64,000 bases of DNA from positions 1,758 to 65,757 of the forward strand of contig NZ_JQGL01000144.1 of assembly GCF_000747095.1 (NCBI RefSeq), read 5' to 3'. Shown here piece by piece: positions 29,553-39,573 of this stretch. The notes below the pieces were generated by a model. The model was not told the origin of the DNA and did no database searches. It saw only the letters and a list, made by a program, of their open reading frames with translations. Both the position numbers and the translations under genes were made by a program. Origin of the DNA: Sulfuricurvum sp. MLSB. GTDB lineage: Bacteria; Campylobacterota; Campylobacteria; Campylobacterales; Sulfurimonadaceae. Numbering within the stretch: the first letter of the stretch is position 1; each line of letters starts with the position of its first letter.

Positions 29553-30841
29553 TTTCCTTTCGTGTGATAGGTGCAGGACTTACGGGAGAGATCGGATCCC
29601 TCATCGTTTTCCGTTAAAAAATTCATCGATTCGATCAGGGCGTCTACTTTTAAAGGATCGGAACCGTCGCGCATCCTCTGGGCAAACGGGTGCAAGAACC
29701 GCTTTAGCGTCTGGATCGCGGCTTTGCGGACGGCGTGTTCGTATTCTTCGGGGATATAACCGTTTTGAATGACCCTTGAGGCTTCGGCATCCGCCGCTTC
29801 TTCGGCCCGTAAATAGAGGCTTTTGATCAACGGCTCGATTGAGAGGGTTTTGAGCCATTCGAAAAACATGGCGACGTGACGGCGGATGATCACGTAGGAG
29901 ACTTTGGCTTCATCTTCGCGCAATGCAATGTTCTCACTCACAATTTCCTGCAAGTCATCAACGTAATACAGAGCAATGTTCCAGTTCGAGGCTTCGCATT
30001 CGATATCGCGGGGTACGGCCATATCAAACCAGTGCCGCCGGAACGGAACGGTTTTGACCATCTCTTCGGTGATGATCGGCTGAATCGAGCCTGTCGAGGT
30101 GAAGAGCAGTTCGTATTCATTGATAGCGTATGCGATCTCCTCGAACGACCGAACGCGGGCATTGCATTCACGCGCGATCTCTTCGGCTTTTTCGAACGTC
30201 CGATTCATCATTGTCACATCCACGCCTTGCGCGCTCAAATGTTTGCAGGTGATGACCGACATTTCCCCGGACCCGATAACGAGTGCTTTTTTCCCCTCAA
30301 GATTTCCGATGCTCTCCTTTGCCTTGGCAACCGCAACGCTGGCAACCGAAACCGGTTTCGAGGAGATATTCGTAGCATTGCGTACCTCTGCGGCACATTT
30401 GAACGCAAAATTCATCGCACGGGAAATTTTTTGAGCCGAAAACCCTTTTTCGGCAGAGAGTTTAAACGCGTCTTTAAGCTGCCCGGCGATCTGTGTCTCC
30501 CCAACAACCATCGAATCCAGCGAACTCGCAACGCTGAAAAGGTGATGGATACACCCCTCGTCGTCAAAAATATCCCCCCGTTCATGAAGCTCGTCTCGGC
30601 TGAGTCCCGAACGCGCCGCAAGAAGGGAAAAAATAGCCTCCGTCGCTTCTTCGGTATTGTTACAGCTGCAGAAAATCTCCACCCGGTTACAGGTAGAGAG
30701 GAGCAGCGATTCGCTGATGGCATCGTGACGTCCCAGCACCGCCAACGCATCGAGTTGGTCGGATTCGTTGACAAATGCCAGTTTTTCCCGGATGGCGAGC
30801 GTCGAGTTTCGGTGCGAAAAGCTGACGATAAGATAGTGCAT
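29549..30841 (-). CDS. hemA: Glutamyl-tRNA reductase
   Basis: 430 aa with LSTCNRVE, the catalytic Cys motif, and NAD-binding VIGSGEMS. Confidence 0.95.
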   Translation of the reverse strand: MHYLIVSFSHRNSTLAIREKLAFVNESDQLDALAVLGRHDAISESLLLSTCNRVEIFCSCNNTEEATEAIFSLLAARSGLSRDELHERGDIFDDEGCIHHLFSVASSLDSMVVGETQIAGQLKDAFKLSAEKGFSAQKISRAMNFAFKCAAEVRNATNISSKPVSVASVAVAKAKESIGNLEGKKALVIGSGEMSVITCKHLSAQGVDVTMMNRTFEKAEEIARECNARVRSFEEIAYAINEYELLFTSTGSIQPIITEEMVKTVPFRRHWFDMAVPRDIECEASNWNIALYYVDDLQEIVSENIALREDEAKVSYVIIRRHVAMFFEWLKTLSIEPLIKSLYLRAEEAADAEASRVIQNGYIPEEYEHAVRKAAIQTLKRFLHPFAQRMRDGSDPLKVDALIESMNFLTENDEGSDLSRKSCTYHTKGK

Positions 30842-31731
30842 CAGTGGCTTCTTTTGAGAACGGTTTCGATGATGGCATGAAGCGGTACGTCATCGCCGAC
30901 GGCCGCAATCGCTTCATCGCACAAGGTTTGAGCATAGGCATACGAACGTTCTATGACGCCGTGTTCGTTCATTTTGGAGCGGATCCACCCTTTTTCTTCA
31001 TCGCCCAACACTTTCGCATGAAAGGTTTTAAGGCGTTCCTGATCCGAAACATTCAGGCTCTCGTACAAATCGATATAAGGGAGCGTCGTTTTTCCCTCCA
31101 CAAAATCGTTCAATGACGGCTTGCCGAGCGTCGCCTCGTCGGCGGTAATATCAAGGATATCATCGACGATCTGAAACGCCAGCCCCAGGTTTTTTCCGTA
31201 CGTTGCGTACGCTTGCGCATTCTTGTCGGCCAAAACGGCCGCCGAAAATGCGGCCGCTTCGATCAACGTCGCCGTTTTGAGATAGAGCATTTTGAGATAA
31301 AGGTCTCGGTCGGTATTAAACGCATCGGCCATCTCGACATCCATCATTTCCCCGACAGAGAGACGTGTGACCGATTCGGCAATACTGCGCGCGATAGCAG
31401 GGTCAAAAGCGGTAAGTTCGCTGAACGCTTTTGAGTAGAGGATATCTCCAAGCATAATAGCCACTTTGCTGCCGTGAGTTGCATTAACCGAAGCAACGCC
31501 GCGGCGCAGCATCGCTTCGTCAATGACATCATCATGCAGCAGGCTCGCCGCATGAATCAACTCGACAATCGCGCCCAAAAGCGGAGCGTGAGCTGCCTCG
31601 GGAGCTATCGTCAATATCAGCCGCGCACGAAGCCGTTTTCCCCCTGAAAGTTTTGCAAATAATTCAGCCGCCTTGGGATAACCGACTTCGTCGACCAGCT
31701 TGGCAATGAGTGTTTCTACCTTTTCCAACAT
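30841..31731 (-). CDS. ispB: Polyprenyl diphosphate synthase (trans-IPPS, octaprenyl type)
   Basis: The two Asp-rich motifs LLHDDVIDE and QIVDDILD. Confidence 0.85.
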   Translation of the reverse strand: MLEKVETLIAKLVDEVGYPKAAELFAKLSGGKRLRARLILTIAPEAAHAPLLGAIVELIHAASLLHDDVIDEAMLRRGVASVNATHGSKVAIMLGDILYSKAFSELTAFDPAIARSIAESVTRLSVGEMMDVEMADAFNTDRDLYLKMLYLKTATLIEAAAFSAAVLADKNAQAYATYGKNLGLAFQIVDDILDITADEATLGKPSLNDFVEGKTTLPYIDLYESLNVSDQERLKTFHAKVLGDEEKGWIRSKMNEHGVIERSYAYAQTLCDEAIAAVGDDVPLHAIIETVLKRSH

Positions 31732-31739
31732 CCTCTAAA

Positions 31740-32147
31740 TCACTTCTCCGTTAAATACTCGAGCTCTACACGCTTCTCTTTATCGATCAGCAACAGATCC
31801 ATTCGCGCCGTTTTTGCCCCTTCGTCAAACTGTTTGAACACGATAATGACGTAGGGAGCATCTCTCTCGTTTTTTTTGGCCGGGAGCAACCGTTTTCGAA
31901 AGCTTTGATTGGTATGTGACGCATACAAGATATGCTGTCCCACAAACCGATCAAAATTTTCATGAACGACCAATGCCTTATCGGTATAGAGAGTCCAGCG
32001 AAAGCTGAGAAGGCGTTCTTGCCCTTCCCCTTTCACCAGCACTTTAACCGGCTGATCCTTTTGGAGCGTAAAGCTTTTCGATTCTCTCCATGGGGCGGCA
32101 TACAGCCAAATCGCCGATATCGCCAGACATGCAAAGAATTTTTTCAC
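31740..32147 (-). CDS. Hypothetical secreted protein
   Basis: Signal peptide MKKFFACLAISAIWLYA. No recognisable motif. Confidence 0.55.
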   Translation of the reverse strand: MKKFFACLAISAIWLYAAPWRESKSFTLQKDQPVKVLVKGEGQERLLSFRWTLYTDKALVVHENFDRFVGQHILYASHTNQSFRKRLLPAKKNERDAPYVIIVFKQFDEGAKTARMDLLLIDKEKRVELEYLTEK

Positions 32148-32152
32148 TGAAT

Positions 32153-32437
32153 CTACTCGTTTTGGGTCAATACGTTTCCGACCGATTCGATGTAAAGATT
32201 TTTTGTCATGAATTCTACCTCATCGGCACGTTCGAACAAAGCACTTTTAATGACACGGTCGATTCCCTCTTCACCGTAGTGTTCCTGCATCAGCAATTCC
32301 AAAACAGCCATACGGTTCATAACACGTTCCAATTCGGCATGAACCAAATCACGATTGGCATTGAATACGATGTCCAGAAATTTGCTTTTGGGCGAACCTT
32401 GGAAAATATCGTCTTCGTCTTCGAACAAATTATACAT
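32153..32437 (-). CDS. Hypothetical acidic cytoplasmic protein (94 aa)
   Basis: I chose the start at ATG 32437 (MYNLFEDEDD) because GGAGGA lies 4 nt upstream. The track start at 32455 has no SD. Confidence 0.55.
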   Translation of the reverse strand: MYNLFEDEDDIFQGSPKSKFLDIVFNANRDLVHAELERVMNRMAVLELLMQEHYGEEGIDRVIKSALFERADEVEFMTKNLYIESVGNVLTQNE

Positions 32438-32453
32438 GGTATCCTCCAAGTGC

Positions 32454-32474
32454 ATACCGAAATTGTTTCGGTAT
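32454..32474. repeat. Perfect 9-bp inverted repeat ATACCGAAA-ttg-TTTCGGTAT
   Basis: Read directly from the sequence. It lies between the ftsL-like stop and the 94-aa ORF, with no flanking U tract. Confidence 0.6.
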
Positions 32475-32539
32475 TTGGATCGCGATTATACCACCACAAT
32501 TCTTAGTTGATGCGATGGACAATACGCGACAGGGAAAAT

Positions 32540-32818
32540 TCAGAACTGCGTATCCAAAATCTCATTTTTGTATTTGAGCGCTTCGACTTTGGCCTTGATC
32601 AGACGGTTTTCTTCCATCAGCGCGTCATGCTCGTGACTCAATGTCGATATTTCCCGGCTTTTGAAATAGATTTGGGTATTGATAAAGATTTTGGGAAATA
32701 CAACAATCAGAATCAAAAATACTCCGACAAATACATTCCGCAAAAAAAGCAGCCCCATCGAATCATCCGGGGCGATGATCTCCCGCGTTTCTTCTAAAAT
32801 ATCGTGTTTATCGCTCAT
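32540..32818 (-). CDS. FtsL-like bitopic cell-division protein
   Basis: 92 aa with a single TM (LFLRNVFVGVFLILIVVF) and a coiled coil. It sits immediately downstream of rsmH with a 4-nt overlap, the canonical ftsL position. Confidence 0.6.
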   Translation of the reverse strand: MSDKHDILEETREIIAPDDSMGLLFLRNVFVGVFLILIVVFPKIFINTQIYFKSREISTLSHEHDALMEENRLIKAKVEALKYKNEILDTQF

Positions 32819-33735
32819 CGTTGAATCTCGAATATCCGTAGTTTTGCGCTTCGGCTTCGGGGGTTGGATCGCAATTCATCCTCTTGGGCACTCAACGGTT
32901 TTTTCGTGACAACCTTGCCGATCGCATGATTGTTTCCGCAGGTGCAGCGCATCGCTTCAGCAGGACAGATGCAGTTCTTCGACCACTTCGAAAAACGGTT
33001 TTTGACGATCCGGTCTTCCAGAGAGTGAAACGTGATAATCGCTACGCGAAGCCGACGGATTGAGGAAAGCTCGACCGCATCCAGTAGCCGTTCCAATTCC
33101 CCCAGCTCATCGTTGACTTCGATTCGAATAGCCTGCATCACCAATGTGGAAGGATGAATTTTTTTTCCCTTCGGCATCAGATGGAAAATGGCATTGGAGA
33201 GTTCTTTCGCCGATCCGAACGGCCGGCGCTGAACGATTGTTTCGGCGACGCGGCGGGCATTGCTCACTTCCCCATACTCGCGTAAAATGGTCTCAAGTTC
33301 GCTTTGCGAATAGGTATTGACCACTTCTGCCGCGCTCAGCGGTGCATCAGGGTTCATCCGCATATCTAGCGTATCGCTCTCGTACGAAAACCCCCGTTCG
33401 CGTTGATCCAGTTGAAGTGACGAAACTCCGATGTCGGCCAAAATGCCGCAGAGTTCTTCTCCCCGCTCGGCAATTACCTGTTTCGCAACGTCTGAAAAGC
33501 GGCCCCGCCGGATTTCGGCCCGTTTGCCGAAAGGCTCAAGTCTGCGCGAAGAAAATTCAATCGCCGTCGGATCCTGATCGATGCCGATCAGCGAAACCTG
33601 CGGGTAACCCTCCAGCAATAATGACGAATGGCCGCCGTACCCCATAGTGCAATCGACTATAATCCCCTTCGTGCAGGGCGCAAACGCGTCAATCACTTCA
33701 CGGTACAAAACGGGGATATGGGGGATCTCCTGCAC
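32815..33735 (-). CDS. rsmH: 16S rRNA (cytosine1402-N4)-methyltransferase
   Basis: HIPVL...DCTMGYGGHS...DIGVSSLQLD...ITFHSLEDR. Confidence 0.95.
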   Translation of the reverse strand: MQEIPHIPVLYREVIDAFAPCTKGIIVDCTMGYGGHSSLLLEGYPQVSLIGIDQDPTAIEFSSRRLEPFGKRAEIRRGRFSDVAKQVIAERGEELCGILADIGVSSLQLDQRERGFSYESDTLDMRMNPDAPLSAAEVVNTYSQSELETILREYGEVSNARRVAETIVQRRPFGSAKELSNAIFHLMPKGKKIHPSTLVMQAIRIEVNDELGELERLLDAVELSSIRRLRVAIITFHSLEDRIVKNRFSKWSKNCICPAEAMRCTCGNNHAIGKVVTKKPLSAQEDELRSNPRSRSAKLRIFEIQR

Positions 33736-33762
33736 ACTGCTTCCTTCGGGATTTTTTGGGCC

Positions 33763-34644
33763 TTATACTACCCTAAGCTCACTAACATATCGTTTAAAAT
33801 CACTCATAACACGGGTGACCGTCTTTTCTTTGCGCCAAATCAGACGAAATTCCCGTTCGAACCGGTGGGCGGTGATTTGGGCCTCAAACATTTTCTTTTG
33901 CGCAAGCTCGTCGGCAACACTTAGTTTCGGCAGGCATGAGAGCGCTTCTTTATCGTGGGTCAGATACCGTTTAATCGCCTCGTTGTGTTCAAATTCCATG
34001 TCGATATTCAGCTCTTTATCGATCGGGGCGATCTGTGAGAGAAAAATTTCGCGGGTTCCCGATCCCCTCTCTCGCAATACCCAGCGTTTGGAAACCAGTT
34101 CGTCAATATAATACGCCCTTTGCCCCAAGGCGGGATCGCTCCCCACAACCACCAGCTCATCACTCATAAGACGCAGCGACTCGAGATCATTCTCTTCGAA
34201 TTTTCCTTCGATAAATCCCAAATCGCAGATGCCGCTGCGCACCATCTCGATGACGTCGGTGCTGTTAGCCGTTTTAAGAGACACCTTTACCGTAGCGTTT
34301 CGGGTACGATAATCACCGATCCACTGCGGAAGCAGGTAGTTGCTGATCGTAACACTCGCTGCCAGATGCAGATGCCCTCCACTCGATTCAGCCCGAAACG
34401 TCTCAAACAGACGATGCGACTTTTCGACGATCTCTTTGGCATGATCGTAAAAATAACGCCCGCGTTCATTCAAAACCAGCCGCTTTCCGATCCGCTCGAA
34501 CAGCTCTTCGCCCGAATCTTTTTCCAGTTCCCGTACCGCCATGGATACAGCCGAAGGGCTCATCGCCAGATGTTCAGCGACATCGATGACCCTTGAAGAC
34601 TCGGACAAAGCCACAAAAATTTCCAGTTGGCGCAGTGTAAACAT
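33763..34644 (-). CDS. LysR-family transcriptional regulator
   Basis: N-terminal wHTH MFTLRQLEIFVALSESSRVIDVAEHLAMSPSAVSMAVRELE and a substrate-binding domain. Confidence 0.9.
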   Translation of the reverse strand: MFTLRQLEIFVALSESSRVIDVAEHLAMSPSAVSMAVRELEKDSGEELFERIGKRLVLNERGRYFYDHAKEIVEKSHRLFETFRAESSGGHLHLAASVTISNYLLPQWIGDYRTRNATVKVSLKTANSTDVIEMVRSGICDLGFIEGKFEENDLESLRLMSDELVVVGSDPALGQRAYYIDELVSKRWVLRERGSGTREIFLSQIAPIDKELNIDMEFEHNEAIKRYLTHDKEALSCLPKLSVADELAQKKMFEAQITAHRFEREFRLIWRKEKTVTRVMSDFKRYVSELRVV

Positions 34645-34692
34645 CTCTTTTGACCCCTCTATTGTGCACTATTATATGCTAAAATCCTTTTC

Positions 34693-35283
34693 ATGGACAA
34701 ACAAAACTTGAAACGCCAGCTTGCCGCATTCGCGCTATCGATGTTCCGAAAAGATTTTTTCGGCATTTATCACGGCTCTCTTTCGGCCAAGCTCGATACC
34801 AATCAATTCACGATCAATACGAAAAATGCCATTTTCGACTCCATCGGGGAAAACAGCCTCATCGATCTGTTTTACAACAAAGACTACCGCTGGAAAGACG
34901 CCAGCATCGACGCATCAATCCACCACGGTATTTACCGACAGATCTCCGACGCCAAATTCATCACCTTTACGATGCCCCCCTTTACAACCGCCTTTTCGCT
35001 TAACCACAGCATCATCATCCCCAATGATTATTTCGGCTTCAAAGAGTTTGGCAAAATCCCGATCTACGACCCTAAAAAATTCGACGACTGGTACGAACGT
35101 GCCGTCAGCGAGATTCCGCAATATTTTCAGCAAAACAATACATCGATCATGGTGATACGCGGATACGGTGTTTACGCCTTCAGCCGCGACATCCATTCAA
35201 TGGTACGGCAGCTTTCCATCCTCGAGCGCAGCTGCCGCATTCTGATGCTCGATCATTCTCAAGCGCGGTTAGACATCGACTGA
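34693..35283 (+). CDS. Class II aldolase/adducin-fold family protein (tentative)
   Basis: Pattern GSLSAK...ASIDASIHHGIY...FITFTMPP...IMVIRGYGVYAF resembles the class II aldolase N-terminal fold. The metal-ligand His set was not verified. Confidence 0.5.
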   Translation: MDKQNLKRQLAAFALSMFRKDFFGIYHGSLSAKLDTNQFTINTKNAIFDSIGENSLIDLFYNKDYRWKDASIDASIHHGIYRQISDAKFITFTMPPFTTAFSLNHSIIIPNDYFGFKEFGKIPIYDPKKFDDWYERAVSEIPQYFQQNNTSIMVIRGYGVYAFSRDIHSMVRQLSILERSCRILMLDHSQARLDID

Positions 35284-36576
35284 AACCGATGCAATCGCCC
35301 CTTCTATCGCGTCAAAAACACGTATTATTTCGCTTTCGGTAATCACATACGGGGCCATGACATAAATAACGCCCCCTAACGGCCGGATCAAAACGCCCCG
35401 ATCGAGACAGAACTGGTGGATTTTCAGCCCGATCCGTTCTTTGGGGTCAAATCCTTCCAGCTCAATCGCGGCGATCATGCCGCATTGGCGTACTTCTTTG
35501 ACCTGTTTGAACCGTGAAAAGCGTTTAAGCTCTTTGGCCACCAGGCCACTCATGCGGCGGTTATTTTCTATAACACCTTCCGTTTCAAAAATATCGAGCG
35601 TTGCGTTGGCAGCGGCACATGCGAGTGCATTCCCCGTATAACTGTGTGAGTGCAAAAAAGAACGGACGGGATCGTAATCACAATAAAACGCCCCGTAAAC
35701 GTCATCCGTCGTCAACACGACCGATAACGGCAGGTATCCTCCGGTAAGTCCTTTGGAAAGCGCCATAAAGTCGGGGCTTATCCCTGCTTGTTCGCAGGCG
35801 AAAAGTGTCCCCGTCCGACCGAATCCGACTGCGATTTCATCGGCAATAAAATGGATGCCGTTTTCTTCGCACAGACGCTTCGCCTCGGTCAAAAAACGGG
35901 GATGATACATTTTCATCCCCCCCGCGCACTGCACCAGCGGCTCGACGATCAACGCCGAAATCTCCGATCCCCTTTCGCGCAAAAGCGCCGCGAAAGCCTC
36001 TGCCGCTTCTAGAGCCGCTTCAATGCTCTGATCCCGCGGTGTTTGGGTCTGTACGGAACGGATCAGCAGCGGCTCGTAGGTCTCTTTGTACAACGCCACA
36101 TCCCCGACCGCCAACGCCCCCAGAGTCTCGCCGTGATAGCTTTCCGAAAGCGAGACAAACAAAGGGCGTTCGTCTCCCCGGTTACGGTGAAAATGGTAGC
36201 TCATTTTGAGGGCTACTTCAATGGCACTGGAACCGTTGTCCGCATAAAAACATCGCGTTAGCCCTTCGGGGGAAAGTTTGACCAGCCGCTCGGAAAGCCG
36301 CACAACCCCTTCGTGGGTAAACCCGGCCAAAATCACGTGTTCAAGCGTTTCGAGCTGTTCTTTGATTTTTTGGTTGATGTAAGGGTTGGAGTGACCGAAG
36401 AGGTTGACCCACCAACTGCTGATTGCATCGATGTAACGGTTGCCCTCGAAATCCTCCAGATACACCCCTTCCCCTTTCGCTATCGGAGTCATCGGAAGCG
36501 TTTCGTGATCTTTCATCTGCGTGCACGGATGCCACAAAACTTTCAAGTCACGTTGCGCCATTTGGATATTATTCAT
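35269..36576 (-). CDS. bioA: Adenosylmethionine-8-amino-7-oxononanoate aminotransferase
   Basis: 435 aa class III aminotransferase (WHPCTQMKDHE, IADEIAVGFGRTG, SKGLTGGYLP). Confidence 0.92.
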   Translation of the reverse strand: MNNIQMAQRDLKVLWHPCTQMKDHETLPMTPIAKGEGVYLEDFEGNRYIDAISSWWVNLFGHSNPYINQKIKEQLETLEHVILAGFTHEGVVRLSERLVKLSPEGLTRCFYADNGSSAIEVALKMSYHFHRNRGDERPLFVSLSESYHGETLGALAVGDVALYKETYEPLLIRSVQTQTPRDQSIEAALEAAEAFAALLRERGSEISALIVEPLVQCAGGMKMYHPRFLTEAKRLCEENGIHFIADEIAVGFGRTGTLFACEQAGISPDFMALSKGLTGGYLPLSVVLTTDDVYGAFYCDYDPVRSFLHSHSYTGNALACAAANATLDIFETEGVIENNRRMSGLVAKELKRFSRFKQVKEVRQCGMIAAIELEGFDPKERIGLKIHQFCLDRGVLIRPLGGVIYVMAPYVITESEIIRVFDAIEGAIASVSVDV

Positions 36577-36692
36577 GGAAACCTCTCATTTTTGGGTTAT
36601 AATGTGATAACACGCGTTAGCCGGAGTCTCTTTTCATCCAAGTTTAATGGTAAACGCAATAAAATATCTGAATTCTACAACAGGACTCTTTA

Positions 36693-38159
36693 ATGATCAC
36701 ATGGATGCAGCGCCACCGCAAATACCTGGTCGTAACAATCTGGATTTCTACGATTGCCTTTATCGGTGCAGGGTTCGTCGGATGGGGGCAATACAGCTAC
36801 GGAGACAAAGCCGGTGCGGTTGCCAAAGTCGGCGATAGAACCATCACCGCCGAAGAACTTCAGAAAAGCTACAGCAATCTTTTCAACCAATACAATCAGG
36901 TATTTCAGGGAAAGATGGATGAAAAAATGGCTCAACAGCTTGGTCTTCAGCGCCAAGCTCTGCGGCAGCTTGTCAATCAGGCCTTGGTACTCAACCTTGC
37001 CGATAGTTACGGGATGGTCGTCAGCGACAAAGAACTTTCCGATGTCATCCAATCGCAACCGATGTTTTTCAACGAAGGTTCCTTTGACAAAGCCGTGTAT
37101 GAAAAAGCTCTTTCGGACAACCGTATGACCAAAAAAGAATACGAAGAGTCACTGCGCAAAGAACTGTTGATCCAAAAAACCCTCTATATGCTCGCATCCA
37201 ACAGCAGAACGTATGAGACGAAAACGCTTACCAGCGCTTTAGGCGTGTCGGACAAAATCAGCTATAAATTGCTGACCCCCGAAATGGTCAATCTCACCGA
37301 GAACGAGGCAGGGCTCAAAGCCTTTTGGGAAAAACGCAAAAAAGAGTTTAAAACCGAACCTGTTTATGAAATCGCATACGTCCGTCAAGCTTCCCTTTCC
37401 CTTGCGCCCGACGAAAAACAAATCAGCGAGTATTACGAGGCGAACCGCCTGACATTCAAAGACGCGGCGGGAAAAATCATTCCCCTTGCCGATGCACGCA
37501 GTATGATCATCGCAGCATTAAATGACAAAGCGACCGAGAAAGAAGCGCTGCGCCTTTATATCGATTACAAAAAAGGTCAGCTTAATCCAGCTGTTACCCC
37601 TGAAAAAACGGCCGTTACCGCTTCGGCCTCCGCCTTCGATGCCAAATTGACGAAAGAAATCATGGCACTAACGGAACAAAAGCCGTACCTTAAGCCGCGT
37701 AAAGCAGGCAACGACTACGTCATTGCCAAACTTGAGAAGTTCATTCCCGCACGCACCAAAACATACGAAGAGGCAAAAACACAGGCTAACATTCTTTATA
37801 CGGCGGAACTCAAAAAAGAGAAACTTCAAGAACTCGCCAAAAACAGCTACCGCTCGTTCAGCGGTATGACTACCGATTTTATTACCCGCGCCGACAGCTC
37901 TGCATTACCGGGTTTAACGCAGCAGGAAGCGTCTGAATTCCTCTCCAAACTCTTCACTTCCAAGCAAAAACAAGGTTTTATCACTTTGGAGAGCGGAAAT
38001 GTTATAATCTATAACGTTTTGGAACAAAAGTTGCTTCAAACAAAAACAATTGCAGATGAGACAGCCGTTGCGAAACTGAAAGGGGATGTATTGGATCAAG
38101 GACTGATTAAAGTACTTGAGAACAAATACCCGGTTGAAATCTATGTGGAAGGGATCTGA
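36693..38159 (+). CDS. ppiD: Periplasmic chaperone / peptidyl-prolyl isomerase, PpiD-like
   Basis: N-terminal anchor MITWMQRHRKYLVVTIWISTIAFIGAGF followed by a SurA-like chaperone region. Confidence 0.75.
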   Translation: MITWMQRHRKYLVVTIWISTIAFIGAGFVGWGQYSYGDKAGAVAKVGDRTITAEELQKSYSNLFNQYNQVFQGKMDEKMAQQLGLQRQALRQLVNQALVLNLADSYGMVVSDKELSDVIQSQPMFFNEGSFDKAVYEKALSDNRMTKKEYEESLRKELLIQKTLYMLASNSRTYETKTLTSALGVSDKISYKLLTPEMVNLTENEAGLKAFWEKRKKEFKTEPVYEIAYVRQASLSLAPDEKQISEYYEANRLTFKDAAGKIIPLADARSMIIAALNDKATEKEALRLYIDYKKGQLNPAVTPEKTAVTASASAFDAKLTKEIMALTEQKPYLKPRKAGNDYVIAKLEKFIPARTKTYEEAKTQANILYTAELKKEKLQELAKNSYRSFSGMTTDFITRADSSALPGLTQQEASEFLSKLFTSKQKQGFITLESGNVIIYNVLEQKLLQTKTIADETAVAKLKGDVLDQGLIKVLENKYPVEIYVEGI

Positions 38160-38160
38160 T

Positions 38161-39555
38161 TTGAAACGAACCGTTTTAGCCATCGATATCGGCTCGACAA
38201 AAGTTTGTGCCATCATCGCAGAAATCGATGATGACAACAGCGCACAAATCATCGGAGCCGGAATCGCAAAAGCACAGGGGCTGCGAAAGGGAAGCATCAC
38301 AAACATCGAGCTGGCCAGCAAGTCGATCAAAAGTGCTCTCAATGATGCCAAACGTGTTGCGGGGACCGAACTGCGCAGTGCCGTTGTATCGATTTCCGGA
38401 GCGTATACCAAAAGCCTTAATTCAAGCGGTATCGTCAATATCCCAAATAAAGAAATTACCCTAAAAGAAATCAACCGTGTTATGCATACTTCATTGTATA
38501 ACGCCAACATCCCTAATGAATTCGAAGTGTTGCATGCTCTTCCGTATAATTTCAAAGTAGACGACCAAGATTTCATCGAAGACCCGCTAGGGATGAATGC
38601 CGCACGGCTTGAAGTCGAAACGCACATCATCACAACCCAGAAAAGCAACCTGAACAATCTGCGCAAAGCGGTCAAAGCTGCCGGTGTCGAAGTCGAAAGT
38701 GTCGTGTTAAGCGGCTACGCATCGTCCATCGCCGTACTGAATCAGGATGAAAAAGAACTCGGTGCCGCCGTTGTCGACATGGGTGGGAATACGAGTAACA
38801 TCGTCATTCATTCGGGTCATGCGATCCGTTACAACGACTTTTTGGGAGTCGGCTCAAACCACATCACCAACGATTTGTCGATGGCGTTGCATACCCCTCT
38901 TCAAACGGCCGACAACGTCAAAATCAGTTACGGTTCTTTGTACGCTCCGAGCAACGACCTGATCGAGCTTCCGGTAATCGGTGACGAGAGTGCGACGCAC
39001 GAAGTCTCGCTTGAAGTGGTGCATAACGTTATTTATGCACGGGTCGAAGAAACGCTCATGATCATTGCCCAGTCGCTAGAAAAAAGCGGCCTTAGAGAGC
39101 AAATGGGAGCCGGAGTCGTCCTCACCGGCGGTTTTACGAAAATCGAAGGTCTGCGCGAACTGGCAGTCGCTATTTTCGACAACATGCCCGTACGCCTAGC
39201 TAAACCGAGCGATATGGGGGGATTATTCGACACCCTTAGAGATCCTTCCTACTCGGGTGCCGTCGGTCTGGTCAAATACATGGCCAACGGCTATACCCCA
39301 TATGAAATCGACGTCAACAAACGGATGCGTCACGCAAGCGAAGAGCCTACGACTCAACCGCAGATTCAATTCCACGAAGAGGTGCCGGAATTTGACCTTC
39401 CTGCCGCCACTCCTCCTTTGCAGCCTGAACCGGCTAAGGAAGAGAAGAAGGCGGATGTGTCAAAAATGGTTAACATCGGATCCAATAAGCCGGTCCAAAA
39501 CGACCAACCAAACCCGATTGCCAAGTTTTGGAATTGGGCAACTCAACTTTTTTAA
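38161..39555 (+). CDS. ftsA: Cell division protein FtsA
   Basis: LAIDIGSTKVCAII actin-fold start and a C-terminal amphipathic helix KFWNWATQLF. I prefer TTG 38161 (GGAAGGGA 6 nt upstream). ATG 38143 and the track TTG 38116 are alternatives. Confidence 0.9.
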   Translation: MKRTVLAIDIGSTKVCAIIAEIDDDNSAQIIGAGIAKAQGLRKGSITNIELASKSIKSALNDAKRVAGTELRSAVVSISGAYTKSLNSSGIVNIPNKEITLKEINRVMHTSLYNANIPNEFEVLHALPYNFKVDDQDFIEDPLGMNAARLEVETHIITTQKSNLNNLRKAVKAAGVEVESVVLSGYASSIAVLNQDEKELGAAVVDMGGNTSNIVIHSGHAIRYNDFLGVGSNHITNDLSMALHTPLQTADNVKISYGSLYAPSNDLIELPVIGDESATHEVSLEVVHNVIYARVEETLMIIAQSLEKSGLREQMGAGVVLTGGFTKIEGLRELAVAIFDNMPVRLAKPSDMGGLFDTLRDPSYSGAVGLVKYMANGYTPYEIDVNKRMRHASEEPTTQPQIQFHEEVPEFDLPAATPPLQPEPAKEEKKADVSKMVNIGSNKPVQNDQPNPIAKFWNWATQLF

Positions 39556-39573
39556 TCACGTCAAGGAGCAAGC

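Noticed and set aside
36620-36660. Possible BirA operator in the bioA/ppiD divergent region (GTTTAatggTAAAC).
   Set aside because: It is only a 5-bp inverted repeat with the wrong half-site orientation and spacing relative to the TGTAAACC-N-GGTTTACA type operator.
37914-38675. 253-aa minus-strand ORF spanning the ppiD/ftsA junction.
   Set aside because: It is antisense to two strongly supported genes. It is Ser/Leu/Cys-rich low-complexity sequence with no RBS and no motif.
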